A DNA stretch of 32,000 nucleotides from contig NC_020304.1 of NCBI RefSeq assembly GCF_000341395.1, positions 3,600,001-3,632,000 on the forward strand, read 5' to 3'. This document shows, one piece after another, positions 17,423 through 25,993 of this stretch. The position numbers were made by a program, and so were the translations under genes. The stretch is from Desulfocapsa sulfexigens DSM 10523. GTDB taxonomy: Bacteria; Desulfobacterota; Desulfobulbia; Desulfobulbales; Desulfocapsaceae. Below the pieces are notes generated by a model. The model was not told where the DNA came from. It worked only from the letters and a program-made list of their open reading frames with translations, and did no database searches. The stretch's first letter is position 1, and each line of letters opens with the position of its first letter.

Positions 17423-18660
17423 TCCTGTTGTGATTTGCTGCCTACAATAATTTTTATGGGATTAAAACGCTGTGCTTCTACCTGTGGATAGTTAAAGCGC
17501 TGCACGGCAATTTCTTTTATTTCTACGTCCAAACCGAGTGTATATAAAATTTCAGGGGCAAGAGCTGCGGTTTTGGCAATAACTGCATTTACCACAACAA
17601 TCCCTCCCGGTAAAAGCTGCCCCACACAGTATTCCAGAATAGACTGTAAATTTCCACCACTCCCGCCGATAAACACCCGATCAGGTGACGGCAGGTTTTT
17701 TAAAGAACCCGGCGCATCTCCCTTGATCAGCCTCATGTTCAACACCCTGAATTTTTTTATATTGTCCTCTATGTTTTTCCACTGTTCCTCTTCTCTTTCA
17801 ATGGAAAAAACATCCACCTCAGGGAAAAGACGTGCAACTTCAAGGCCTACAGAACCCGATCCAGCACCCACATCCCACAGGACACCATCCCGAGGCAGGC
17901 GCAAAGCATGAATGACGGCAGCCCTGACTTCATTCTTTGTGAGCAGCCCCCTGCTGTGACTGATCTCTTTTTCCTGCAGGCCAAACAGCGGAAGTATTTT
18001 CTTCTGGTTAGGTACTTCAGAATTCTGTAAAATCATGACATTGGGCTCAACAAAAGTCTTCGCAGCTATTTCAGACAACTCTCCACTATGCAGGTGTTCT
18101 GACTGGAGTCCAAGGTTCTCTCCAACATGACAGTAAACAGTGTCCGTTATCTCCCTGTCGTATTGGCGAAGGAGCTTTTCGGCGATCACATTGGGGCTGT
18201 TCACAGAATCTGTCAACAGTAAGACTTTTTCATAGTTCAATAATCGGGAGCCAAGCTGTTCACTGCTGCGTCCGTGAAAACTGACAAATTTTGCATCATC
18301 CCAGGGAATACCGAATCTGGCAAACGCCAGTTGCATCGAAGATACTGCGGGGTAAATTTCTATTGAGTATTGAGGAAAACTTTCGAGTATCCTCCGTCCT
18401 ATCCCAAAAAACAGCGGATCCCCGGAAGCAAGAACCACCACATCCCCTTCACTGAGACAGTCTTTCATGGAAGCTATACAATCAGCCAGGGGAATCACTG
18501 GGATCAGCTGAGGAAGTGGATGGTTCTGCAGCTGTTTGTTTATCATGTCATATAACCGTCTACCAGACACCACGGCAACGGATTTTTTAAGGACTGATAC
18601 CATCAGGGAGTCATCACGGCTGGAACCATCCATACCAAAAACATGAATCACAGAACCCAT
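17416..18660 (-). CDS. cobL: Precorrin-6Y C5,15-methyltransferase (fused CbiE-CbiT)
   Basis: 414 aa. CbiE part: VVLASGDPLFFGIGRRIL, YPAVSSMQLAFARFG, SFHGRS. CbiT part: LPRDGVLWDVGAGSGSVGLEVARLFPEVDVFSIERE. Confidence 0.93.
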   Translation of the reverse strand: MGSVIHVFGMDGSSRDDSLMVSVLKKSVAVVSGRRLYDMINKQLQNHPLPQLIPVIPLADCIASMKDCLSEGDVVVLASGDPLFFGIGRRILESFPQYSIEIYPAVSSMQLAFARFGIPWDDAKFVSFHGRSSEQLGSRLLNYEKVLLLTDSVNSPNVIAEKLLRQYDREITDTVYCHVGENLGLQSEHLHSGELSEIAAKTFVEPNVMILQNSEVPNQKKILPLFGLQEKEISHSRGLLTKNEVRAAVIHALRLPRDGVLWDVGAGSGSVGLEVARLFPEVDVFSIEREEEQWKNIEDNIKKFRVLNMRLIKGDAPGSLKNLPSPDRVFIGGSGGNLQSILEYCVGQLLPGGIVVVNAVIAKTAALAPEILYTLGLDVEIKEIAVQRFNYPQVEAQRFNPIKIIVGSKSQQDW

Positions 18661-18662
18661 TG

Positions 18663-19766
18663 TCAGGATTTCTCCCCTGTTTTCACTACAACTGAGCTCG
18701 TGGCATCGACAAGATACACAATGACCTCTAGCCCTGAAACCTTCTCTGCATAATGTCGAGCGGCTTCACAAACCTGGAGAACAACCTGCTGTTCTCCACG
18801 ATCAAGCAACCTCCCATAGATTTCACGAGCCGTATTAGATCCTTCAAGGGCTGCGATCAACTGAGAGCTGCAGCCAAGACCTTTTAAAAATTCCAGAGCG
18901 GTCTCAACTTCAAGGGCACCATTGCGGACATGGGTTTGTGGAATCTCCATCCCTGCCTTCATCACCTTGGCCCACATTGCCGCGAGGTGAATTGTCCTGA
19001 AGCTATGTTTTGCTGCTTCAAGTAACGAGAAGTGAAGATAATCACCCATCATGATCTGGGCTTCTTCGGGCAGCCCCAACATCTCCTGAACTGCACGCTC
19101 GGAGGTTCTGCCTGTGGCAAGAATAATTTCACTGAGATCTGCTTCTTTCGCCACATCCATTGAGGTTGCAATGGTTGCAGTCCAGGCATCGGCTGACACA
19201 GGACGAACAATACCCGTTGTCCCAAGGACCGAGAGTCCACCAACAATCCCCAATCGATGGTTAAGCGTTTTTCTGGCAAGTTCCTCACCATCTGGAATGG
19301 AAATCGTGATATTGAGACAACAGTCCATTGCCTTGCCAGTTTCTGCCAGGGCCTCGGTCACTGCGTCCCGAATCATTTTTTGGGGAACAGGATTAATTGC
19401 CGGATTCCCGACCGCAACGGCAAGCCCTCTTTTAGTGACTCTACCGACACCGACTCCACCATGAAGAATCAGAGTCTCATCGTTTTCAGAGTTTTTTGCC
19501 CCATACTGCACAGAGGCGTCAATCCTGGCACCATTGGTAACATCAGGGTCATCCCCGGCATCCTTAATAACAGATGCAGAGGCAATCTGTTTACCGGAAT
19601 CAGCATGGCCTGAGAGAACAATACTGAACTTCACCCTTGAACCATCTGGAAAAGGTATCTCCACATTTTCCTGCAACACACCGGTAAAAAGCAGTAAAGC
19701 AGCCGCCTTTGAGGCAGCTGCAGCACAGGCACCAGTAGTGTATCCCGATCGTAATTTTTTCTTCAT
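18663..19766 (-). CDS. cbiD: Cobalt-precorrin-5B C1-methyltransferase
   Basis: Family-typical start MKKKLRSGYTTGACAAAASKAA at 19766. The track extends to a TTG at 19829. Further motifs: GVGRVTKRGL, VVGGLSVLGTTGIVRP. Confidence 0.93.
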   Translation of the reverse strand: MKKKLRSGYTTGACAAAASKAAALLLFTGVLQENVEIPFPDGSRVKFSIVLSGHADSGKQIASASVIKDAGDDPDVTNGARIDASVQYGAKNSENDETLILHGGVGVGRVTKRGLAVAVGNPAINPVPQKMIRDAVTEALAETGKAMDCCLNITISIPDGEELARKTLNHRLGIVGGLSVLGTTGIVRPVSADAWTATIATSMDVAKEADLSEIILATGRTSERAVQEMLGLPEEAQIMMGDYLHFSLLEAAKHSFRTIHLAAMWAKVMKAGMEIPQTHVRNGALEVETALEFLKGLGCSSQLIAALEGSNTAREIYGRLLDRGEQQVVLQVCEAARHYAEKVSGLEVIVYLVDATSSVVVKTGEKS

Positions 19767-19770
19767 AAAA

Positions 19771-19806
19771 ACAAAAAAAGGCCGTTCTGCCAAACAGAAC
19801 AACCTT
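19771..19806 (-). terminator. Rho-independent terminator/attenuator-like hairpin immediately 5' of cbiD
   Basis: Minus strand AAGGTTGTTCTG-TTTGG-CAGAACGGCCTT (12 bp including two G-U) followed by a T-tract. The hairpin ends 11 nt before the cbiD ATG. Confidence 0.75.
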
Positions 19807-19900
19807 CCATGTGAAAAGCAGTTTAACAAAGCTATGGAAAGGCCAATTCTTAAGTCACCAACAACTCAAAAAACAGGCCATTGGATAGCACGATTACCCA

Positions 19901-20812
19901 TCAATTGCAAACAGCAATATCGTCAGAAAATGGTTGCTGATACTCAATAGCCAGTTCTTTTGCTTCCTGACTGTGACAGGGCGGCATCTCCTTATCTATC
20001 ACATGTAGAATGACGCTATACTCCTGCAGCTGCAGATTCAACTCCTGCCACTCTTCTTTGTTACTCACAACCTTCCCTTCACGAGTTTTCCAGCCATTTC
20101 GCTCCCATCCGCTGAGCCAGTTGCCTGCACCGTCCTTTAAATACCCTGAACTGGTATAAAGGTGCACTGGCAGACGTCTTTTAAGGGTACGAAGAGCGTC
20201 ACAGGCCGATTGTATATGGATACGATTAGCAGAAGAGTTTTTCACCACCCCACCAATAATTTTAAAATGTTTCCGGTATCTGAAAACAGCTGCCCATGAC
20301 CCAATCTGCAGCTTCTGTTTCCAGGTAATACCCATAAAAATATGAATAGCTGTTTCATCACTCAGGGGAAGGACTGCACGGCCTCTTGCCGCAACGGCAA
20401 GAGCATCGGCACGTTCATTATTAGGATCATTATCATGCCCCTTTACCCAGAGCCACTTCACCTCATGGCGTTTTATCTCATTATCGAGAGCCTCCCAGAG
20501 ATCCCGATTTTTCACAGCCTCTTTTTCAGCGGTGAGCCAGTTGTTGCTGCGCCAGTTACCAATCCACTTAGTGATACCATTCTTCACATATTTGGAATCG
20601 GTAAACAACTCTACTGCATGTGGACAAGGGAGTGCCTGCAAGGCCTTGAGCGCGGCCAGCAGCTCCATGCGGTTATTCGTGGTTACATCTACTTTTCCTG
20701 ACAGCTCCCTCTTTTTTCCATTTTCAGGCAGGATAACAACTCCCCAGCCACCAGGACCGGGATTGGGACTACAGGAACCATCTGTATAAATTGTAACTAA
20801 TGGTAGAGCCAT
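19901..20812 (-). CDS. rnhA: Ribonuclease HI with a duplicated, apparently catalytically dead second RNase H-like domain
   Basis: 303 aa. Residues 1-145 are canonical (IYTDGSCSPNPGPGGWG, TNNRMELLAALKAL, FTDSKYVKNGITKWI, KGHDNDPNNERADALA). Residues about 152-290 repeat the pattern (ANRIHIQSACDAL, YTSSGYLKDGAGNWLSGWERNGWKT, SQEAKELA). Confidence 0.92.
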   Translation of the reverse strand: MALPLVTIYTDGSCSPNPGPGGWGVVILPENGKKRELSGKVDVTTNNRMELLAALKALQALPCPHAVELFTDSKYVKNGITKWIGNWRSNNWLTAEKEAVKNRDLWEALDNEIKRHEVKWLWVKGHDNDPNNERADALAVAARGRAVLPLSDETAIHIFMGITWKQKLQIGSWAAVFRYRKHFKIIGGVVKNSSANRIHIQSACDALRTLKRRLPVHLYTSSGYLKDGAGNWLSGWERNGWKTREGKVVSNKEEWQELNLQLQEYSVILHVIDKEMPPCHSQEAKELAIEYQQPFSDDIAVCN

Positions 20813-20958
20813 GCGATAGTATTCTCTTTTGAATTCTGGAACGAATAATTGGTAATATCAACGTTGCATATTGTACCTATTTCCTGCTCATTAGAACAGG
20901 TAATTGTTGGATAGTGGACCTTCTCCTTGATGACAAAACGCAGGGCGTGTAAAAGGAA

Positions 20959-21759
20959 GTGATGAACGACACCTTTACAGACCATAAAGAACCGGATGAG
21001 ATTTTTCTTCCACTGAGCGCCTTGAGGTATGCTGAATTCTACTCCATGGAGATGGACAGTTTTACAGAAGATATTCAATTTTACAAAACTCACTGCAGGG
21101 ATGCTTCTTCCATCCTTGAGCTTGGCTGCGGAACTGGCAGGATCAGCAGGGCTCTTGTAAAACCAGGCTGCAGAGTCACCGGAATTGATCTCTCCCTCGA
21201 CATGCTCAAACAGGCCAGGGAACACTCACTGGACCCTCCGTCATATATCTGTATGGATATGTCTGCAATGGTATTCAGAGACAATTTTGATCATATTCTT
21301 ATTCCCTACAACACACTCAATCTCCTAAAAGATATATCCCTTATTACAAAATGTTTGCAACAGACTCACCATCATCTCAAGTCCAGTGGATCTCTGCTGC
21401 TCCAACTCCATATTCCCGACGGAGAGATAATCAAACTGGATGGACAAAAACGATTTCAATTTCAGATGCTCCCTCTTAAGCATCGCCCCGGGAAACTTAT
21501 CAAAGAAACCCTTCGCAGTTACAACAGTGCCACTCAGGAACTCCGTTTGGAAGAACGTTACCGTGTCAGGCCAACCAACGACACTGCAAGGGAGGACTAC
21601 AGCCACACCTTCCACCTCGCAGGCTTTTCTGTCTCACAATGGCTGACCATTCTCAGGCAATGCGGTTTCCAGAGTTGTGCCCTTTTTGGTGATTTCAAAT
21701 CACGGCCATTCAACAGTGACAATGACTCTACTCTCCTGATTCAAGCATTTCCCTCCTAA
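20959..21759 (+). CDS. Class I SAM-dependent methyltransferase
   Basis: 266 aa, SSILELGCGTGRISRALVKPGCRVTGIDLSLDMLKQAR. Confidence 0.88.
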   Translation: MMNDTFTDHKEPDEIFLPLSALRYAEFYSMEMDSFTEDIQFYKTHCRDASSILELGCGTGRISRALVKPGCRVTGIDLSLDMLKQAREHSLDPPSYICMDMSAMVFRDNFDHILIPYNTLNLLKDISLITKCLQQTHHHLKSSGSLLLQLHIPDGEIIKLDGQKRFQFQMLPLKHRPGKLIKETLRSYNSATQELRLEERYRVRPTNDTAREDYSHTFHLAGFSVSQWLTILRQCGFQSCALFGDFKSRPFNSDNDSTLLIQAFPS

Positions 21760-21793
21760 TAAAAAACAAAAAAGACAAGAAAAGTCTTACTTC

Positions 21794-21807
21794 TTGATCT
21801 ATGTCAA
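21794..21807. promoter_or_regulatory. CRP/FNR-family (HcpR-like) binding site upstream of hcp
   Basis: TTGAT-CTAT-GTCAA within CTTGATCTATGTCAAG. The centre (21800.5) lies at -41.5 if the TATACT at 21830-21835 is the -10 box. Confidence 0.6.
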
Positions 21808-21948
21808 GGTCTCCTCTATTCCTAAGGGGTATACTCTCTCCATACGATTCAGAAACGACATGAGAATAGTTAACGCTCATCTCTTTCTGCTACAAACCTA
21901 CAAGAAGTTTTGATTGTCAAATAAGAAAAATAAATCGGAGGATTTACC

Positions 21949-23586
21949 ATGTATTGTAATCAATGCGAACAAACCGCCAAAGGCGTAGCATGCACCACTA
22001 TCGGTATTTGCGGAAAGACCGAAGGTGTTGCCGGACTTGAAGATCTCCTCACCCATGCTGTCCAGGGACTTTGTATCGTCGCCGATGCAGGCCGCAAAGT
22101 TAATGTCATTGATAACGCAATTGATATCTTTGTCTGTGAGTCTATCTTTTCCTGCCTCACCAACGTTGATTTTGACCCTGCTCGTTTTGAAGACCTTATT
22201 TACAAAACAGTACAGCTTCGCGATGAGTTAAGAACAAAAGTAGAAGCTGCTGGTGGTGTTATTGATTCTACAGCTGCCGCTCTGACCTTCACTCCTGCTG
22301 ATACGCTCGCCGGTCTCGAAGAACAGGGTGCTGCTCTGAACTTCATCAATACTCTCGATGCCAATGAAGATCTTCAATCACTGAAACAGATCACAATGTA
22401 TGGACTCCGTGGACTTGCCGCTTATGCTGAACACGCTGCAATACTCGGTCAGGAAGATGACGAGGTGTATGCTTTTATTCATCACGCTATGGCAGTCCTT
22501 ACCACTGAAATGGAACTTGGTGACCTCGTAGCACTTGCCCTGAAAACCGGTGAAGTGAATATTAAAGCCATGGAACTCCTCGATGCTGGAAACACCGGAA
22601 ACTACGGCCACCCAGTACCGACAGAAGTTCCTCTTGGCCATAGACCCAATAAATGTATTCTTGTTACCGGCCATGATCTGAGAGATATCGCCATGCTTCT
22701 TGAGCAAACCAAGGGGAAGGGAATTGACATCTACACCCACGGCGAGATGCTTCCTACTCATGGATATCCTGAGTTGAAGAAATATGACCATTTTTATGGG
22801 CATTTTGGCACTGCATGGCAAAATCAGCAAAAAGAGATGCCAAACTTTCCAGGCGCTATCCTCTTCACGACCAACTGCATCCAGAAGCCTAAGGATTCAT
22901 ACAAAGACAACGTCTTCACCACCGGTCTTGTCGGCTGGCCCGATGTGAAACACGTTGCCGGCAGTGGCGAAAAAGACTTCTCCGCAGTCATCGAGAAAGC
23001 TCTGGCTCTACCGGGATTTACCGATACCGTGGACAACGGCACTGTCATGGTCGGTTTTGCCAGAAACACCGTTCTCGGTGTTGCAGACAAGGTAATCGAT
23101 GCGGTAAAGTCCAAAGCAATTCGTCATTTCTTCCTTGTTGGCGGCTGTGATGGTGCCAAGCCCGGTCGGAATTATTTCACCGAAATGGCAGAACAGATTC
23201 CCCAGGATTGCATGATTCTGACTCTTGCCTGCGGCAAGTTCCGTTTCTTTGACAAAAAACTTGGAGACATCGGTGGAATTCCCCGTCTCCTGGATGTTGG
23301 ACAGTGCAACGACGCATACTCTGCAATTCAGATTGCAGTAGCCCTTGCTGGAGCATTTGAGTGTGGGGTCAATGACCTGCCTCTCTCCTTTGTTCTCTCC
23401 TGGTATGAGCAGAAGGCTGTGGTTATTCTTCTCTCCCTGTTCAGCCTGGGAATTAAGGATATCCGTCTTGGACCCTCCCTTCCAGCATTCGTTACTCCAA
23501 ATGTTCTGAATGTCCTGGTTGAAAACTTCAACGTTATGCCGATTGGTGAAACTGCTGCAGACGATTTAAAAGCAATCCTCGGATAA
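21949..23586 (+). CDS. hcp: Hybrid-cluster protein (hydroxylamine reductase / prismane protein)
   Basis: 545 aa, MYCNQCEQTAKGVACTTIGICGKT, VGGCDGAKPGRNYFTEMA, GGIPRLLDVGQCNDAYSA. Confidence 0.95.
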   Translation: MYCNQCEQTAKGVACTTIGICGKTEGVAGLEDLLTHAVQGLCIVADAGRKVNVIDNAIDIFVCESIFSCLTNVDFDPARFEDLIYKTVQLRDELRTKVEAAGGVIDSTAAALTFTPADTLAGLEEQGAALNFINTLDANEDLQSLKQITMYGLRGLAAYAEHAAILGQEDDEVYAFIHHAMAVLTTEMELGDLVALALKTGEVNIKAMELLDAGNTGNYGHPVPTEVPLGHRPNKCILVTGHDLRDIAMLLEQTKGKGIDIYTHGEMLPTHGYPELKKYDHFYGHFGTAWQNQQKEMPNFPGAILFTTNCIQKPKDSYKDNVFTTGLVGWPDVKHVAGSGEKDFSAVIEKALALPGFTDTVDNGTVMVGFARNTVLGVADKVIDAVKSKAIRHFFLVGGCDGAKPGRNYFTEMAEQIPQDCMILTLACGKFRFFDKKLGDIGGIPRLLDVGQCNDAYSAIQIAVALAGAFECGVNDLPLSFVLSWYEQKAVVILLSLFSLGIKDIRLGPSLPAFVTPNVLNVLVENFNVMPIGETAADDLKAILG

Positions 23587-23661
23587 GTTACAGAGCATCA
23601 CCTCTTCAGGAAGTTTTACTTCAACTTCCTGAAGAATAGTTGTACGTTTTCCTCACCCTGG

Positions 23662-23698
23662 CAGGGTATGTTGAGAGCTCCTCATGCCCTGCTTTTTT
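23662..23698 (+). terminator. Terminator-like hairpin between hcp and the sulfite-reductase-like gene
   Basis: CAGGGTATG-TTGAGAGCTCCT-CATGCCCTG then CTTTTTT. Confidence 0.65.
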
Positions 23699-23720
23699 GA
23701 TATTTTTTTGTTAGTTGGTC

Positions 23721-24392
23721 ATGAACAGCAAACCTCACCAAAAAAATTTCAGTGTCATTTCCGGTCTTGATATGGGTCTTTTCGCTCCTGAAGATCTTGA
23801 GACCATTCTACATATCATTAATAAATATAAGGTGCCTGCGACCAAAATAACTTCTGCCCAACGCCTTGCCCTGCTTGGCATGGATAAGGATAAGATGGCC
23901 AGTCTCCAGGAAGAGTTAAAAAATTATATCGGCACCACACCGGAAAACGGGGTAACCTATGTTCAATCATGCCCAGGACTGGAATGGTGCAAGTATGGAA
24001 TCCGCGACTCACTTTCCCTTGGCAAGGAACTGAAGAACCTTTCCATGAAAACCCCTTTCAAGGCTAAGGTAAAAGTAGGTGTTGCCGGCTGTCGTATGTG
24101 CTGCACTGAACCCTACGTACGTGATCTTGGAATTTTCGCTTCGAAAAAGGGCTGGACCCTGGTCTTTGGCGGTAATGGCGGTAACAACGCACGTATTGCA
24201 GATATTGTGGCCGAAGGTTTAAATGATGAAGAAGTTCTTGCTCTCGCAAAAAAATGCCTTACGGTATACCAGGAAGAAGCCAATCCCCGTTCACGTACTG
24301 CACGATTTATGGAACGTTTTGGCATAGAGGCCTTCAGAAAAAGAGTGCTGGAAAAAGAGGAGCAGAAAGATGCAATGCCCGGGCCAAGATAA
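23721..24392 (+). CDS. Small siroheme/[4Fe-4S] nitrite/sulfite reductase-domain protein
   Basis: About 223 aa; the track starts at a TTG at 23715 and the ATG is at 23721. Cys motifs SCPGLEWCKYG (C-x5-C) and GCRMCCTEP (C-x3-C) match the siroheme-4Fe4S ligand pattern. Size resembles the small assimilatory-type low-spin sulfite reductases of Desulfovibrio. Confidence 0.82.
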   Translation: MNSKPHQKNFSVISGLDMGLFAPEDLETILHIINKYKVPATKITSAQRLALLGMDKDKMASLQEELKNYIGTTPENGVTYVQSCPGLEWCKYGIRDSLSLGKELKNLSMKTPFKAKVKVGVAGCRMCCTEPYVRDLGIFASKKGWTLVFGGNGGNNARIADIVAEGLNDEEVLALAKKCLTVYQEEANPRSRTARFMERFGIEAFRKRVLEKEEQKDAMPGPR

Positions 24393-24996
24393 TAGATATT
24401 GGGATGGAGAAGCCGTCTTTGAAACCCCTTGCCCTCACTGTGGCAACATACTTGAATTCTTTAAAGATGACTCCCAACGCAGTTGCAGACAGTGTGGCAA
24501 CCGTGTCTTAAATCCTCGTATTGACTTTGGCTGCGCTGCATATTGTTCCCATGCCGAACAATGCCTGGGTTCCATGCCTCCTGAACTGCTCGCCAGACAA
24601 AAAAACCTTTTCAAAGACAAACTTTCCATCGCTGTCCGCAAAAACCTTCTCGGCAGGGAAGACCTCTATAAAAAGGCATGCACCCGTACCGAAATTGCTG
24701 AACAGCTCTGTAAAGAGGAACAGCGTGGAGACATGGCAGCAATCATTGCCGCTACGCTTCTGTTTGACGTCGACACTCCCGCACTGCTGCTCGAAGAGCT
24801 CAAGGCAGATAGTGCAATGATTGAAGCTGTTACCACTCTCCTTAGCCACAAGCTAACAGCCACAAATACAGAACAGGCCTCCTCGGATATTTTTCACGAT
24901 GCCTGCCTCCTGGCAGATCTTATAACAGATCCGGACACCAACCCAAAGCCATCGTTCACAACCCGGAGTGGTGAAAAAGTATTTCTCAGCCAATAA
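24370..24996 (+). CDS. Uncharacterised protein with N-terminal zinc-ribbon and possible degenerate HD-like helical domain
   Basis: 208 aa, overlapping the upstream CDS by 23 nt. Contains CPHCGNILEFFKDDSQRSCRQCGNRVLN and CAAYCSHAEQC; AAIIAATLLFDVDTP loosely recalls the LLHD of HD proteins. Confidence 0.7.
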   Translation: MQCPGQDNRYWDGEAVFETPCPHCGNILEFFKDDSQRSCRQCGNRVLNPRIDFGCAAYCSHAEQCLGSMPPELLARQKNLFKDKLSIAVRKNLLGREDLYKKACTRTEIAEQLCKEEQRGDMAAIIAATLLFDVDTPALLLEELKADSAMIEAVTTLLSHKLTATNTEQASSDIFHDACLLADLITDPDTNPKPSFTTRSGEKVFLSQ

Positions 24997-25150
24997 CCCC
25001 TGTTGTTTCCCGACTGCGACACCTCTATTTCAACCAAAGCTCGTCCAGTAACTCTCATCAATCAGGAGGCAACAAGAAAACTGCTTTTTTCCTGAATTTA
25101 TTTTTTTTCCCTGTGATACAATATAGAAATATTATTCGAGGGAGAAGAAT

Positions 25151-25885
25151 ATGCGATTATTAGTACTGTTTTTTCTGCTAATTCCAACACTGGTTACAGC
25201 TGCCGAGCCGATGCACTTTGTCTACTACGACAACTATCGTCCCCGCTCATGGAATGATAACGGCACAATGCACGGCATTCTGGTAGATATTGTGGAGGAA
25301 GCAGTTGGGAAACGTTTGGGTATTCCCGTTACCCATACTGGCTACCCATGGAAACGAGCACAACTGATGGTAAAGGAAGGGATTGCAGATGCATTTATTA
25401 CCATGCCTACCGCAGAGCGTCGGACCTACACTGTAATTGGAGTAGAACCTGTAATAGAATTTGCGTTACGCATTGTCACTCAGAAAGACAATCCGAAAAT
25501 CAAGGAGATGGAGTTGATCACCTCCATTGAGCAATTAAAAGAGTATGAAGTCACCGATTATCTTGGTAACGGGTGGGCTGAGCGAAACCTGAAAGAGGTT
25601 ACTGTCCAATGGTTACCTGAAATTGACAAAATATTTCCCTTCCTGGTTGAAAAGCGGGCTGACCTTATCGTGGCTTCAAAACGAACCGCCTATGACATGA
25701 AACGCCTGGGCTATGAATCCCAACTCACGATTCTTCCCAACAAGCTGTCCTCAGTATCTTTTTATTTGTGTGTGGGGAAAAATTCTCCCTACAAAGACAG
25801 ATTAAATGATTTCGACCGAATCCTTAAAGAAATGCACGAAGACGGGACAATAGATCGTATCGAAGAATCCTACTATCGTGACTGA
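25151..25885 (+). CDS. Periplasmic substrate-binding protein (SBP_bac_3-like)
   Basis: 244 aa with signal peptide MRLLVLFFLLIPTLVTA, then YDNYRPRSWNDNGTMHGILVDIVEEAVGKRLGIPVTHTGYPWKRAQLMVKEGIADAFI. Confidence 0.82.
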   Translation: MRLLVLFFLLIPTLVTAAEPMHFVYYDNYRPRSWNDNGTMHGILVDIVEEAVGKRLGIPVTHTGYPWKRAQLMVKEGIADAFITMPTAERRTYTVIGVEPVIEFALRIVTQKDNPKIKEMELITSIEQLKEYEVTDYLGNGWAERNLKEVTVQWLPEIDKIFPFLVEKRADLIVASKRTAYDMKRLGYESQLTILPNKLSSVSFYLCVGKNSPYKDRLNDFDRILKEMHEDGTIDRIEESYYRD

Positions 25886-25993
25886 GAGCTCGCGACAGGG
25901 ACGGAAGATAAAAATACTCTCTCCTCAACAAAACCGTATTCATTCTTTTTCCTGATTACCATCGAAACTCAGCTTTGCAACCCGGAGTTGTTC

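Noticed and set aside
20342-20701. 119-aa plus-strand ORF
   Set aside because: Antisense to the canonical RNase HI domain; shadow ORF.
20813-20958. Possible cobalamin riboswitch upstream of rnhA/cbiD
   Set aside because: I looked for a B12-box-like GCCACTG and the expected architecture upstream of rnhA and cbiD and did not see them. Any control there is more likely the hairpin at 19778-19806. A covariance-model search would settle this.
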